64,000 nucleotides of DNA from an uncultured Candidatus Saccharibacteria bacterium (GTDB lineage Bacteria > Patescibacteriota > Saccharimonadia > CAILAD01 > GCA-016700035). Below, piece by piece: positions 1 to 9,160 of this stretch (position 1 is the stretch's first letter; every line of letters starts with the position of its first letter). A model generated the notes under the pieces. The model had not been told where the DNA came from, did no database searches, and was given only the letters and a program-made list of their open reading frames with translations. The stretch is from the NCBI GenBank assembly GCA_964391595.1, contig CAYMMM010000001.1:4708-68707 (forward strand), written 5' to 3'. Both the position numbers and the translations under genes were made by a program.

Positions 1-1070
1 TGTTGGCGAATGAGACGTGTTAGAGCAATGCCGAGTAGGATGTACATACCATTTGCTGCAAAGACAAGATAGCGATCTTGATATATTGGCTTCATGATCG
101 ATACGGCGATCGTTGCGCCAATCGGTAGTACGGTATACCAGAAAAGAGCGCGAATTTCCTTATGTTCGTGTTTATGGAGCCAAGAAATCCACATGACGAG
201 TCCGATCACGATGCCTGGGACTGCCCAGAATACAAATGGAGGGAGTGCCATAGCATCGGTAAAGGTTAAGTTTTGCCAGATACTCTTAGGGAGTGTGTAG
301 AGCGTAGTAGCGGGTATCCAGCTGATGCCTTGGCCGCGGGAGAACTGCCCGTAGAAGGCAGGTAGCCAAGGGAGCCAGAGGACGATGACGGTTAGATTTG
401 TAAGCCACCAATCTGTGCGCAGCCAATGGCTTTTCCCGATTCGCCACTTCCAAGGGCGTTCGAGTGACATGAGGTAGAGCCAATGGGCTGCGATTGCAAA
501 GACCGTAAAGTAATGCGTGTAGAGCCCGGCTGCCATCGCGAGTGCGTACACCGACCACCATCGCCAATTGGTGTGCGCGTGCTCAGTAGCTCGTAAGAGA
601 GCAAATGTACCGCCAAGCAAAAAGAGACCAAGTAGCCCATACATTCGTGCTTCCTGACTGTAGCGAACGAGCATCGGTGCGACTGCCAGAATGCTCAAGC
701 TGATCGTGGCTGCCGCCCGACCAAAATATCGCTTAACCAGCAAGTATCCGATGTAAATTGTGGCGATGCCGGCCACAGCACTCATGCTGCGTACAGCTAG
801 TGTGCTGGTGCCGAACAGCCGCATCCAATAATGAAGGAGCTCGTAATACAGTGGTGGGTGTACGTCGCGAGCAGAACCCGCCCAAATCTCAGCAGGCGTG
901 CGCGATGAAAGCATTACTGTGAAGCCTTCGTCGTGCCAAATGCTCGCCTTGGTGATGGTGGTGAAGCGTGCAAGTGCTGCGACGAGGAGCAGGCAGCTTA
1001 CCACCCAACGCTCAGGGAGTCGCGATATGAAAGAAAGGTCTGAGAGCTTATTGCGTCTTGTATGGCTCAT
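1..1070 (-). CDS. GT-C fold glycosyltransferase (PMT/ArnT-like), runs off the left edge
   Basis: Manual translation from ATG at 1070: MSHTRR...SIWHDEGFTV...DVHPPLYYELLHYW...VRSMS...YSQEARMYGLL, typical GT-C motifs; not in the ORF track because it is open-ended. Confidence 0.85.
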   Translation of the reverse strand, partial: MSHTRRNKLSDLSFISRLPERWVVSCLLLVAALARFTTITKASIWHDEGFTVMLSSRTPAEIWAGSARDVHPPLYYELLHYWMRLFGTSTLAVRSMSAVAGIATIYIGYLLVKRYFGRAAATISLSILAVAPMLVRYSQEARMYGLLGLFLLGGTFALLRATEHAHTNWRWWSVYALAMAAGLYTHYFTVFAIAAHWLYLMSLERPWKWRIGKSHWLRTDWWLTNLTVIVLWLPWLPAFYGQFSRGQGISWIPATTLYTLPKSIWQNLTFTDAMALPPFVFWAVPGIVIGLVMWISWLHKHEHKEIRALFWYTVLPIGATIAVSIMKPIYQDRYLVFAANGMYILLGIALTRLIRQ

Positions 1071-1845
1071 AGCGAAAGTGTGTCTTTTTATACTTACCAG
1101 TCAGCAGGCCAAGTTTGATCGTTATTAGGTCAAAAAATACCTGTAGTGCTACTTTGATTGACTTAAGCTTGGAGCCACTTGAGATTTTTGAGCCCTCGAC
1201 GACGTCTTTCCAGTCTGGGACTTCGATAAGCTCAATACTATAGCCGAGCTTGCGTGCAAGAGCCAGTATTTCAAGATCGAATCCCCAGCCTAAAATCCGT
1301 TGTCTTCCAAAAAGCTCGTGAGCGGTTTGTCTTTCAAAAGCTTTAAACCCACATTGGGTGTCTGATATCCCCGGTACGAGGAGTGTTTGTGCGAGCCAGT
1401 TTCCGAAGGTAGAGATGAACTTACGGATGCCGGTGTGTGAATCTTCTAGGTTTCGAATGCATATACCAACCTGTCTTTTTTGTTCGATGAGCTGATATAC
1501 GTCCTCGAGGTATTTTAGGGGTGTCGCTAGGTCCGCATCCATGAACATGACATACTCCCCGCGCGCGGCAAAGATGCCATCACGTACTTGCTTGCCTTTA
1601 TTGTTTCCCTTGATTATGCCTGGACCTGTTTGAAGAAACTTGAACGATGTGAAGTGCTTACTTTCTGCTCTAGCTACTTTTTCGGTTTGATCACTGGACA
1701 TGGCGTCGACAACAATTACTTCTGCATCGTGCGCGTGTTCCTTGAGATACGTAGCAAGTGCCTTAAGGGTTGCACCAATACGTTTCTCTTCATTCAAAGT
1801 TGGGATGAGTATACTAAGCGTTGGCTTCCCAGCACGGGCATTCAT
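1048..1845 (-). CDS. GT2 polyprenyl-phosphate glycosyltransferase (DPG synthase-like)
   Basis: IPTLNEE, VVDAMSSD, FMDADL, SDTQCGFKAF, GWGFDLEIL motifs. Confidence 0.9.
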   Translation of the reverse strand: MNARAGKPTLSILIPTLNEEKRIGATLKALATYLKEHAHDAEVIVVDAMSSDQTEKVARAESKHFTSFKFLQTGPGIIKGNNKGKQVRDGIFAARGEYVMFMDADLATPLKYLEDVYQLIEQKRQVGICIRNLEDSHTGIRKFISTFGNWLAQTLLVPGISDTQCGFKAFERQTAHELFGRQRILGWGFDLEILALARKLGYSIELIEVPDWKDVVEGSKISSGSKLKSIKVALQVFFDLITIKLGLLTGKYKKTHFRYEPYKTQ

Positions 1846-3476
1846 CGGTTGACCTCGACCGTGTAGAAGAGTGTTCGCTGTGGGAAGCTCGGCGAAGTGA
1901 TCGCTTTGACTGGAGCAGCTGGGTACTTTGCCTTGAGGGTATCAAGTACGTATTGTCTGTGCTCGTTGTTTTGCACGAAGAAGATAGTAGGGTCTTGTGA
2001 AAGTGGTACTGATTTGACTTGCTCCCATTCGAGCCGCTTCCAGCCAGAACCGCGATCGAGCCCAAAGCCATCATCGATGTTGTATTTGTAATCGGATTTT
2101 ATGCGTGTCAGATAATCAAAACTACGGATAGAATATCCATCTACGACTAGATATGTGGTGGGCTGGCTTGAGCCCTTGAGGGTCGTGTTGTAGAGCTTGG
2201 CCATTTCTGACATATCTTCAGCATACGCATCGTATGTCTGGACATCCCCCGCCCACGCCACGAAGTATGCTTTATAGCTCTGTGCCAGTGTGGCTGCGAG
2301 GAGTATCAGTATAAATGTGAGCCCGACGTTGCGTGCAATTGAGTTGATTGGGAATATCGTATACCACCTACCGATAAAGTATGACAAGCCGACAGCCGCC
2401 AATATCATTACTGCCGGAGATGAGCCGATCGATCGTAGGCCGTGTGGCAGACCTTCCGCTGTGAGTGCAGCCGGCAACATCATGGCTGCAAAGATACCTA
2501 AGAGTGCCACATACCGCGAATGTCGTAAAGCGTACAGAGATATAAGTATGCCTAGGATAAACATAATGCCTACGAATGTATTCAGGTATGGTTCTGCAGG
2601 GATGTTGTGGCGTGGATTTGTGTCTCCAGCGAAATTGTATTGCAAGAGAGTCTTGGACACGCTGTCTGCAAGCGTCTGTATTGGTTTGCCTTTGTTCAGC
2701 TCTTTATTGAGGAAGCTGGTAGCACCGGCGCGTGCTGCGGCATCTTTGTGGGTTATGCCATATATACCAAGCGGGGCAAGTACCACGAGACATGCAATCA
2801 GCCCACTTCCAACCTGCCTCCAATGTGACTGCAAGAATGTGCGCCTAAAGAGTGCTATGTATATGAGGAGTCCTACCACTGCAGCAATCATGAGCTGAAA
2901 TGCAGTATACGTGTAGGCTCCGAGACCCAAAAAAATTCCAGCGCCAATGAAGTAATGCATCTGCTTGGTCTTGTAGGCACGGCCACCGAAGTATGCCACG
3001 AGTGAGACCATGAGCGCTGTCATGCTGGCGCGAAAGCCATCTCGAGAAATGACTACTACCCAGGGATTAATCGCCATGAAGAATGCTGCCAATAAGCCTA
3101 CTCGACGGCCGAACCAGTCAGTTCCCCAATAGTATACAGCAATGACAGCGAGGACACCGATCGTAGCCGGCGCGATGCGCAATGCCAGGATGGTGTTGCC
3201 CATAAGCCATACGAAGATAGCCTGAAGGAAAAAGAAAAGTGATTCTCGCGGACCATTTGTTGCATACAGGGGCCGAATGTCGCGACTAAAGATACGGAAG
3301 ATATCCTGCCCGTTCGCAGCTTCGTCTGGGTGAAGGCCTGGTGGAAGCTGATCGAGTTGGTAAAAGCGGAAAAAAATTGCAAGCAGCACGATAGTCGCCA
3401 GTACAATCCATGTGCCGTATTTGGCGATAAAGTGTTGTTGTTTGGTGGCCTTCTTCGGCTTCGGTCCAGGAGCCAT
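1842..3476 (-). CDS. GT-C fold glycosyltransferase (ArnT/PMT-like)
   Basis: RFYQLDQLPPGLHPDEAANG motif followed by many TM helices. Confidence 0.85.
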   Translation of the reverse strand: MAPGPKPKKATKQQHFIAKYGTWIVLATIVLLAIFFRFYQLDQLPPGLHPDEAANGQDIFRIFSRDIRPLYATNGPRESLFFFLQAIFVWLMGNTILALRIAPATIGVLAVIAVYYWGTDWFGRRVGLLAAFFMAINPWVVVISRDGFRASMTALMVSLVAYFGGRAYKTKQMHYFIGAGIFLGLGAYTYTAFQLMIAAVVGLLIYIALFRRTFLQSHWRQVGSGLIACLVVLAPLGIYGITHKDAAARAGATSFLNKELNKGKPIQTLADSVSKTLLQYNFAGDTNPRHNIPAEPYLNTFVGIMFILGILISLYALRHSRYVALLGIFAAMMLPAALTAEGLPHGLRSIGSSPAVMILAAVGLSYFIGRWYTIFPINSIARNVGLTFILILLAATLAQSYKAYFVAWAGDVQTYDAYAEDMSEMAKLYNTTLKGSSQPTTYLVVDGYSIRSFDYLTRIKSDYKYNIDDGFGLDRGSGWKRLEWEQVKSVPLSQDPTIFFVQNNEHRQYVLDTLKAKYPAAPVKAITSPSFPQRTLFYTVEVNR

Positions 3477-3991
3477 TACTCGTATTCCTTAAAGACGAAG
3501 CGCTTATAGGTGAGATAATTCCATGTCAAGCTTGCTAGGGTTGCTACAGCTTTCACGCCATTGGTGACAATAAATTTGTCATCGACGAGCCTGGTGACAC
3601 CGAGGACTTGTGCGAGATGGACGCCTACTCCCACGGGCCAGAGCCAAACATGTTCAAAGAAATATATGATACCGCTCTGAATGACGTACAGACCAAACGC
3701 AGTCACTAGGAAGAACCGCGCAGCCTGTTCGAACTGTGAATCGTGGGTATGAGCTTTGAAGACAAAATTGCGATTGGCAAAGAAGCTAAAAAGCATAGCT
3801 ATAGTTGTTGCTGGAATGTTTGCGGCGAGGTCGCTCAGTGCAAAAACTCTCGTGAGGAGGTTGAGGATGCCGAAATCAATCAGCGTATTGAGCACACCGA
3901 CGATACCAAATCGACCTACTCGAGCAGCTTCTTTGGCGGCTGTAGCTTTTGGTGTGGTAGGGTTTTTGGGTTTAGACTTCGTCTCTGGCAT
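3476..3991 (-). CDS. GtrA family lipid-linked sugar flippase
   Basis: RFGIVGVLNTLIDF...NRNFVF...WNYLTYKRFVF. Confidence 0.9.
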   Translation of the reverse strand: MPETKSKPKNPTTPKATAAKEAARVGRFGIVGVLNTLIDFGILNLLTRVFALSDLAANIPATTIAMLFSFFANRNFVFKAHTHDSQFEQAARFFLVTAFGLYVIQSGIIYFFEHVWLWPVGVGVHLAQVLGVTRLVDDKFIVTNGVKAVATLASLTWNYLTYKRFVFKEYE

Positions 3992-4053
3992 GTGTCAAAT
4001 CTTTCGTGTCTAGTATAGCGTGGATCTAGTTCATGAGTAAACACGCTTGTGGT

Positions 4054-5421
4054 TTAATTGCTATGTTTCCGCTCCAGAGATCTGAATAGCATGAGCTCAG
4101 GACTGAAGAAGAGCTCTACGTCCCCAGTCGGTCCGTTACGGTGCTTAGCGATGATTATGTCGGCGATGTTTTTACGCTCGGTTTCTTTGTTCCATCGATC
4201 CTCGCGCGAGATAAACATGACAACGTCCGCATCTTGCTCGATTGATCCTGATTCACGTAAGTCAGACAGTTGTGGAATCGGCGGATTGCGGGATTCGACG
4301 GCGCGCGAAAGCTGCGATAGAGCGATGACTGGTACATCGAGTTCGCGGGCAAGACCCTTGATGGATCGAGATATCTCAGATACTTCATTCACGCGATTAT
4401 CGCTACCACCACTTGACCGGCCACTCATCAACTGCAAGTAGTCGATAACTATCAGCCCAAGCCCGTGCTCTGCTTGAAGTCGGCGGGCCTTCGTACGCAT
4501 CTCGAGTGAGTTAATCAGTGCACTATCATCGATATATATCGGTGCCTCTGCGAGCACCCCCATTGCACTGTTCAGTTTTTCAAAATCTTTGTCTTCCAGA
4601 TTCCCTGTTCTCAGCTTCCAGGAGTCGATGCCTGATTCCATAGCAAGCAAGCGATCAATGAGTTGTTCTTTGCTCATTTCGAGACTGAAAATGCCAACAG
4701 GCACGCCCTCGCGGATCGCAACATTGGCCGCAACATTAAGCGCAAAACTCGTCTTTCCAACACTCGGGCGAGCCGCCAGAATAATAAGATCAGAGCGCTG
4801 CAGCCCGGCCAAGAGATTGTCCATGGCTGGGAAACCAGTTGGTACACCGCGCAATTGTTTTTTGTCTTTGTGTAGAGCGTCTAGGCGGTCGAAACTATCC
4901 GCAAGGATTTGACTCGCGGAAATAAAGTTTTGCTTGAGGTGTTTCTGGCTAACCTGGAAGAGTGCTTGCTCGGACTCATCAAGGATATCCTCCAGTGGCT
5001 TTTCTTCATCGTGGGCGTAACCTGCAATTGTGTGGCCAGCGATATCGAGACGACGTAGGGTCGCCTTAGATGCCACGATCTTTGCGTATTCTGCTGCATG
5101 AGTGGCGCTCGGCACATTTGTGGCGAGTTCTGTCAAAAAAGTCATGCCTCCGATAAGCTTCAACTTCTTGGCATTCTGTAGAGTGTCACTGAGTGTGATG
5201 AGGTCGATTGGCTTACGTTTTTCGTAAAGACTAAGTATCGCAGCGTACACAATTCCGTGACGATTGTCATAGAAATCTTCTTCGTGTACGATGTCGGCCA
5301 CCCTGATGAGGGCGTCGGCGTCGATGAGTAGTGAGCCGAGTAACGATCGCTCGGCTTCAACATTATGCGGTGGAGTCAAGGACTTATCCACAGCATTTGA
5401 TGTCGGCGTATCAGCCATCAC
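4054..5421 (-). CDS. dnaB: Replicative DNA helicase
   Basis: PPHNVEAERSLLG, Walker A AARPSVGKT, IDYLQLM, SDLRESGSIEQDAD, KHRNGPTG. Confidence 0.98.
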   Translation of the reverse strand: MMADTPTSNAVDKSLTPPHNVEAERSLLGSLLIDADALIRVADIVHEEDFYDNRHGIVYAAILSLYEKRKPIDLITLSDTLQNAKKLKLIGGMTFLTELATNVPSATHAAEYAKIVASKATLRRLDIAGHTIAGYAHDEEKPLEDILDESEQALFQVSQKHLKQNFISASQILADSFDRLDALHKDKKQLRGVPTGFPAMDNLLAGLQRSDLIILAARPSVGKTSFALNVAANVAIREGVPVGIFSLEMSKEQLIDRLLAMESGIDSWKLRTGNLEDKDFEKLNSAMGVLAEAPIYIDDSALINSLEMRTKARRLQAEHGLGLIVIDYLQLMSGRSSGGSDNRVNEVSEISRSIKGLARELDVPVIALSQLSRAVESRNPPIPQLSDLRESGSIEQDADVVMFISREDRWNKETERKNIADIIIAKHRNGPTGDVELFFSPELMLFRSLERKHSN

Positions 5422-6866
5422 TCAACTACCTCGCCACCAAGTATTTCCAGGGCACTAGCCACAAGCTCTTGATCGTTATCTTGCTTCGGAGTGTTCGACT
5501 GAGACTCACCAGTGTGTTCAACCTTCAGTTCGATAGTCCTGCCAGATACCTTTGTAAATATTGCTTCGATGAGCTGGCGATTGTGCGCTTCTTCGATGCG
5601 TTCTTTGTGAAAACGGAAGCGACAGCGAATGAACAGTACACCGTCTTTGAGCTGCGGCTCACCTGAGCGTAGTACGGCATACAGCGAGTTGTTTTTTGTT
5701 TTGATGAGTGACAGTGCTTTCGTAGTGATAACTGAGTCATTCAGGCCTGTTGTCGGTATCGAAGATGCGGTGTCAGTGTTGCTTTCAACACTGGCTGGCT
5801 TTGGGGCTCTTCTTGCCTCCTTGGATGGATTCTGACCATGGGCTGGCGGTCTACTATATGGAGTGTTCGTTTGGGGTACTTGTGTTATTGCCTCTGCGCT
5901 CGTGAGCTCCCAGACTGCAAGCTCGAGTGGCAAGCTAGGGATATTTGCACTACGTTGCTCCGTGGCTGCTCGGGACAAAACACGCAATACCTGGTAGTAG
6001 CGATCTGCTTCAGTCTTGCTTGCAGCGAGGAATGCTTGCCGGACGTGACTCACGAGGTACTCAGTGAGGATCGAAGGATCTGCACCAGCAGAGAGTACGT
6101 CGGCAAGGTGTGATAATGCTAGTTTAGTATCCTTCTCGAGAATAGCATCTACCATGGCTAGAATGCGCGCTACATCGCCGATCCCGGAAGCTTGCGCTAC
6201 TACCGCACTCGTAATCGCGTCACCACGGCTTGCGAGTTGATCGAGGAGACTGAGCGCATCACGAAATCCTCCCTGAGCTTGCGTGGCGATAAGTTGTATC
6301 GCCTCTGGTTCTATACTGATCTGTTCTTTCTTCGCGACCACTGTAAGCGCCTCGGTTAGGTCTGTAGTAGATATTAGCCTGAAATCATGTCGCTGCGTGC
6401 GTGAGATAATAGTGTCGGGTAGCTTGTGCACCTCAGTTGTTGCTAGCACAAAGATGACGTGGGCTGGCGGCTCCTCGAGCGTCTTCAAGAGTGCATTAAA
6501 CGCCTCGCGTGTGAGCATGTGAACCTCGTCAATAATAAATACTTTGTATGGAAGGGTGCTTGGCGCGGTAGCTAGTTTGTCTCGGAGAGCACGAATCTCG
6601 TCAATACCACGATTTGATGCGGCATCAATCTCGATAATGTCGAGCTCGCGTACGATATCGGCCTCAGCAGGAAGGTTGTTTACTCGTCTCGCTATGATGC
6701 GCGCCACACTCGTCTTGCCGGTGCCTCTTGGACCAGTCAAAAGATACGCATGACTAATTGCGCCTTTTTGAAACGCTTTGTCGAGTGTGTCGGTCACATG
6801 CTTTTGTCCGACAACATCTTGCAGATCTAGTGGTCGATATGACCGATATAGAGCGAGCTGAACCAC
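5418..6866 (-). CDS. dnaX: DNA polymerase III subunit gamma/tau
   Basis: ALYRSYRP, GPRGTGKT, EIDAASNRG, IDEVHML, FNALLKTLEEPP; GTG start at 6866 after an AGGAGG SD. Confidence 0.97.
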   Translation of the reverse strand: MVQLALYRSYRPLDLQDVVGQKHVTDTLDKAFQKGAISHAYLLTGPRGTGKTSVARIIARRVNNLPAEADIVRELDIIEIDAASNRGIDEIRALRDKLATAPSTLPYKVFIIDEVHMLTREAFNALLKTLEEPPAHVIFVLATTEVHKLPDTIISRTQRHDFRLISTTDLTEALTVVAKKEQISIEPEAIQLIATQAQGGFRDALSLLDQLASRGDAITSAVVAQASGIGDVARILAMVDAILEKDTKLALSHLADVLSAGADPSILTEYLVSHVRQAFLAASKTEADRYYQVLRVLSRAATEQRSANIPSLPLELAVWELTSAEAITQVPQTNTPYSRPPAHGQNPSKEARRAPKPASVESNTDTASSIPTTGLNDSVITTKALSLIKTKNNSLYAVLRSGEPQLKDGVLFIRCRFRFHKERIEEAHNRQLIEAIFTKVSGRTIELKVEHTGESQSNTPKQDNDQELVASALEILGGEVVE

Positions 6867-6951
6867 TCCCCTCCTCACTAATATTACTCAGACTATTATA
6901 ACGCAGAATGAGTTCGCAGGAGGAGTTCGAAGTGGCCTTATGGGATTAAAG

Positions 6952-7149
6952 TTAGCGTTTTTTGCGCTTGATTTCGACTTTGTCTACCAAGAAGTTCACG
7001 AGCCAGAGGGCGGCGATAAACTCGATGCAGATAAGCGGAACACCAATCGGACCATTGAGGGTATCAAGCAGCTGTTGGTTCGTTTGTAGCATTGCGACGC
7101 TAATCAAGCCGAGCAATATCCCTCTGAGGATAAGATCATAATTTTTCAT
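6952..7149 (-). CDS. Small membrane protein
   Basis: 65 aa, two hydrophobic segments, basic C-terminus. Confidence 0.6.
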   Translation of the reverse strand: MKNYDLILRGILLGLISVAMLQTNQQLLDTLNGPIGVPLICIEFIAALWLVNFLVDKVEIKRKKR

Positions 7150-7216
7150 GCGGCACTCATATTAATAGTGCTTATGATTATAGGCTTGCATCTGGAGATC
7201 AGGCAAGTTGCTATGT

Positions 7217-7759
7217 TTAGCCGATAACGGCTTCGATAGCAGCCCAAGAAGCCACACGATCGGCTGGAATGACGACAGTCACTTCGTCTCCGGGCTGCGC
7301 TTTGAAGTACGTGACGCTCGCGAAGAGTACGTGGTACAGCTTTCCGCCTGCCTCAACCATATATGTGCCGTCTTGGAGGGTAATCTTACCAATGAGTTTT
7401 TTGCGTTCGATTGGGCCGATTTGCTTGTAGATGAAACTGCCATCATCGGAGATGGTGAGCTTGAGAATGTCGCCTTCAACGAGCTTTGACTTGGAGGCAT
7501 AGTTCGCTGGCACAGGATAGGTCTTATCGCCAGGTCCCATCATGTTTTGACCGTCGAATACGCCCTCAATGACCTTGCCGGCATTTGCATCACTATTTTG
7601 ATAGGCTGTCTGGCGTGCCGATGGCTTGGCTGGGCTCGATTCCTCGGGCTTGACACCCATACCGGCGAGTTGCTCGTGGAGCTGTTTGAGCTGCTCCTCA
7701 GCTGCCTTGAGCTGAGCAGCGAGCTCGGTTACTTTTTCGTCTTGTGGGTTGTTTGCCAT
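7217..7759 (-). CDS. Conserved protein of unknown function (CPR-type, typically beside rplL)
   Basis: IEGVFDGQNM...YPVPANYASKSKLVEGDILKLTI...YKQIGP motif, recalled from Patescibacteria genomes; SD-like AGAAAG. Confidence 0.75.
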   Translation of the reverse strand: MANNPQDEKVTELAAQLKAAEEQLKQLHEQLAGMGVKPEESSPAKPSARQTAYQNSDANAGKVIEGVFDGQNMMGPGDKTYPVPANYASKSKLVEGDILKLTISDDGSFIYKQIGPIERKKLIGKITLQDGTYMVEAGGKLYHVLFASVTYFKAQPGDEVTVVIPADRVASWAAIEAVIG

Positions 7760-7883
7760 ATAGTACTCACTTTCTGTTTCGGATTATCTGCGCAAGATAC
7801 CACCCTCATGTATCCACAAACTCATGCAACCTCTCGAGTCGCATTTACCTGGAGTATAGCACTCGTACCAGAAATAATGCAAA

Positions 7884-7920
7884 CAAAAACACCCGCATAC
7901 AATACACGCGAGTGTTTTTG
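7884..7920. terminator. Intrinsic terminator after rplL (A/T tracts on both sides)
   Basis: AAAAACACCCGC...GCGAGTGTTTTT hairpin. Confidence 0.65.
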
Positions 7921-7938
7921 TTTAAAAATCCGAGGATT

Positions 7939-8376
7939 TTACTGGAGTTCGATTGTAGCGCCAGCAGCTTCGAGCTTTGTCTTAGCTTCTTCGGCTTCTT
8001 CTTTGGTTGCGCCTTCTTTGACCATCTTTGGAGCTTCGTCCACAACAGCCTTAGATTCTGCGAGACCAAGACCAGTGATTTCACGAACAGCCTTGATGAC
8101 GTCGATCTTCTTGTCGCCTGCAGCAGCGAGGAAGATGTTGAATGAAGTCTTCTCTTCTGCAGCTTCGCCAGCTTCGGCTGGAGCAGCAACGCCCGCAACT
8201 GCTACAGGGGCTGCTGCTGATACGCCGTAGTGATCTTCGAGAGTCTTCACGAACTCTGAGAGATCGAGAACGCTCATTTTGTCGAGTTCAGCAACGAGCT
8301 TTTCGAACTTTGCTGGAACTTCTTTTTGCTCTTCTTTTACTTCTTCTGCTACTGGAGCAGTTGTTTCTTCTGCCAT
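7939..8376 (-). CDS. rplL: 50S ribosomal protein L7/L12
   Basis: [25 protein letters not shown]; start MAEETT after AAGGAG SD (the ORF track over-extends it). Confidence 0.97.
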   Translation of the reverse strand: MAEETTAPVAEEVKEEQKEVPAKFEKLVAELDKMSVLDLSEFVKTLEDHYGVSAAAPVAVAGVAAPAEAGEAAEEKTSFNIFLAAAGDKKIDVIKAVREITGLGLAESKAVVDEAPKMVKEGATKEEAEEAKTKLEAAGATIELQ

Positions 8377-8401
8377 AATATTCTCCTTATTTGCAACTGC
8401 T

Positions 8402-8935
8402 TTACGCAGTAGCTTCTTTCTTATCTTTAATTGCTTGTAAGGCGTAGACCAATCCTGAGACGTTGCCATTGAGGGCGCGGACGAGGCCTGACATTGGAGC
8501 GGCGATAGTGCCAACCACCTGGGCCAGGAGCTGTTCGCGACTTGGCAACTTAGCGAGCGCGATGACTTCTTCTTTCGTGAGGATGTCACCAGTTTCGCTA
8601 ATTGCGCCAACTACTTCTACTGCATCATTGTCTTTTGTGAAGTCAACGATGAGTTTAGCGGCTTCAACCTCATCGGCGCCAAAAGCTACAGCCATTGGGC
8701 CTACAAAAGCTGACATGTCGGTGATTTCCTTATTACTCGCTTCGGCAGCTCGTTTGAGGAGCGTGTTCTTAGCGACCGTGAAGGTAATCCCCTTCTCGCG
8801 TCCAGCGTTACGCAAAGCGTTGATCGCTGGGACATCGAGTCCGCGGTAGTCGGTCAGGACGGCAAGCTTAGAAGCATTGAGGCGCTCGACCAGTTTTTCG
8901 AGGTCTTGCGTCTTTTGTTCACGGGTTTTTGCCAT
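8402..8935 (-). CDS. rplJ: 50S ribosomal protein L10
   Basis: [25 protein letters not shown]. Confidence 0.97.
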   Translation of the reverse strand: MAKTREQKTQDLEKLVERLNASKLAVLTDYRGLDVPAINALRNAGREKGITFTVAKNTLLKRAAEASNKEITDMSAFVGPMAVAFGADEVEAAKLIVDFTKDNDAVEVVGAISETGDILTKEEVIALAKLPSREQLLAQVVGTIAAPMSGLVRALNGNVSGLVYALQAIKDKKEATA

Positions 8936-8949
8936 CGTGAATTCCTTTA

Positions 8950-9075
8950 TTTAATGAAAAAATCTTCGGTGCGAGCACTGAAGACACGAGAGACTGATCT
9001 TATGAAAAGATGTTGTCTTGGCCTCGGTAGCAGATTAAGGCAGGTTGAAGTGCCAGCTACTGTCTTCGGTTCGTA
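8950..9075 (-). promoter_or_regulatory. L10 leader (autoregulatory RNA)
   Basis: Minus strand ACCGAAGACAGTAG...TTAA...CTACCGAGG matches the L10(L12)4-binding core upstream of rplJ. Confidence 0.8.
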
Positions 9076-9111
9076 CGAGAGATATAGTAACAGATATGAG
9101 GGTATGGGTCA

Positions 9112-9142
9112 ATAGAAATGGCCCCCTCTCGCGAGGGGGCCA
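9112..9142 (-). terminator. thyX terminator
   Basis: GGCCCCCT-CGCGAG-AGGGGGCC followed by ATTTCTATT. Confidence 0.75.
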
Positions 9143-9160
9143 ACAGATTCAAAGGAAAAC

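Noticed and set aside
5384-5392. Perfect DnaA box TTATCCACA in the dnaB 5' coding region (and a 1-mismatch copy near 7810)
   Set aside because: Isolated; about 0.5 copies are expected by chance in 64 kb on two strands; no cluster, so not oriC
7939-8610. 223-aa extended L7/L12 and other N-terminal extensions in the ORF track (rplA, rpsI, 52502, 56977)
   Set aside because: They overlap upstream genes or RNA elements; SD or -10 signals support the shorter starts
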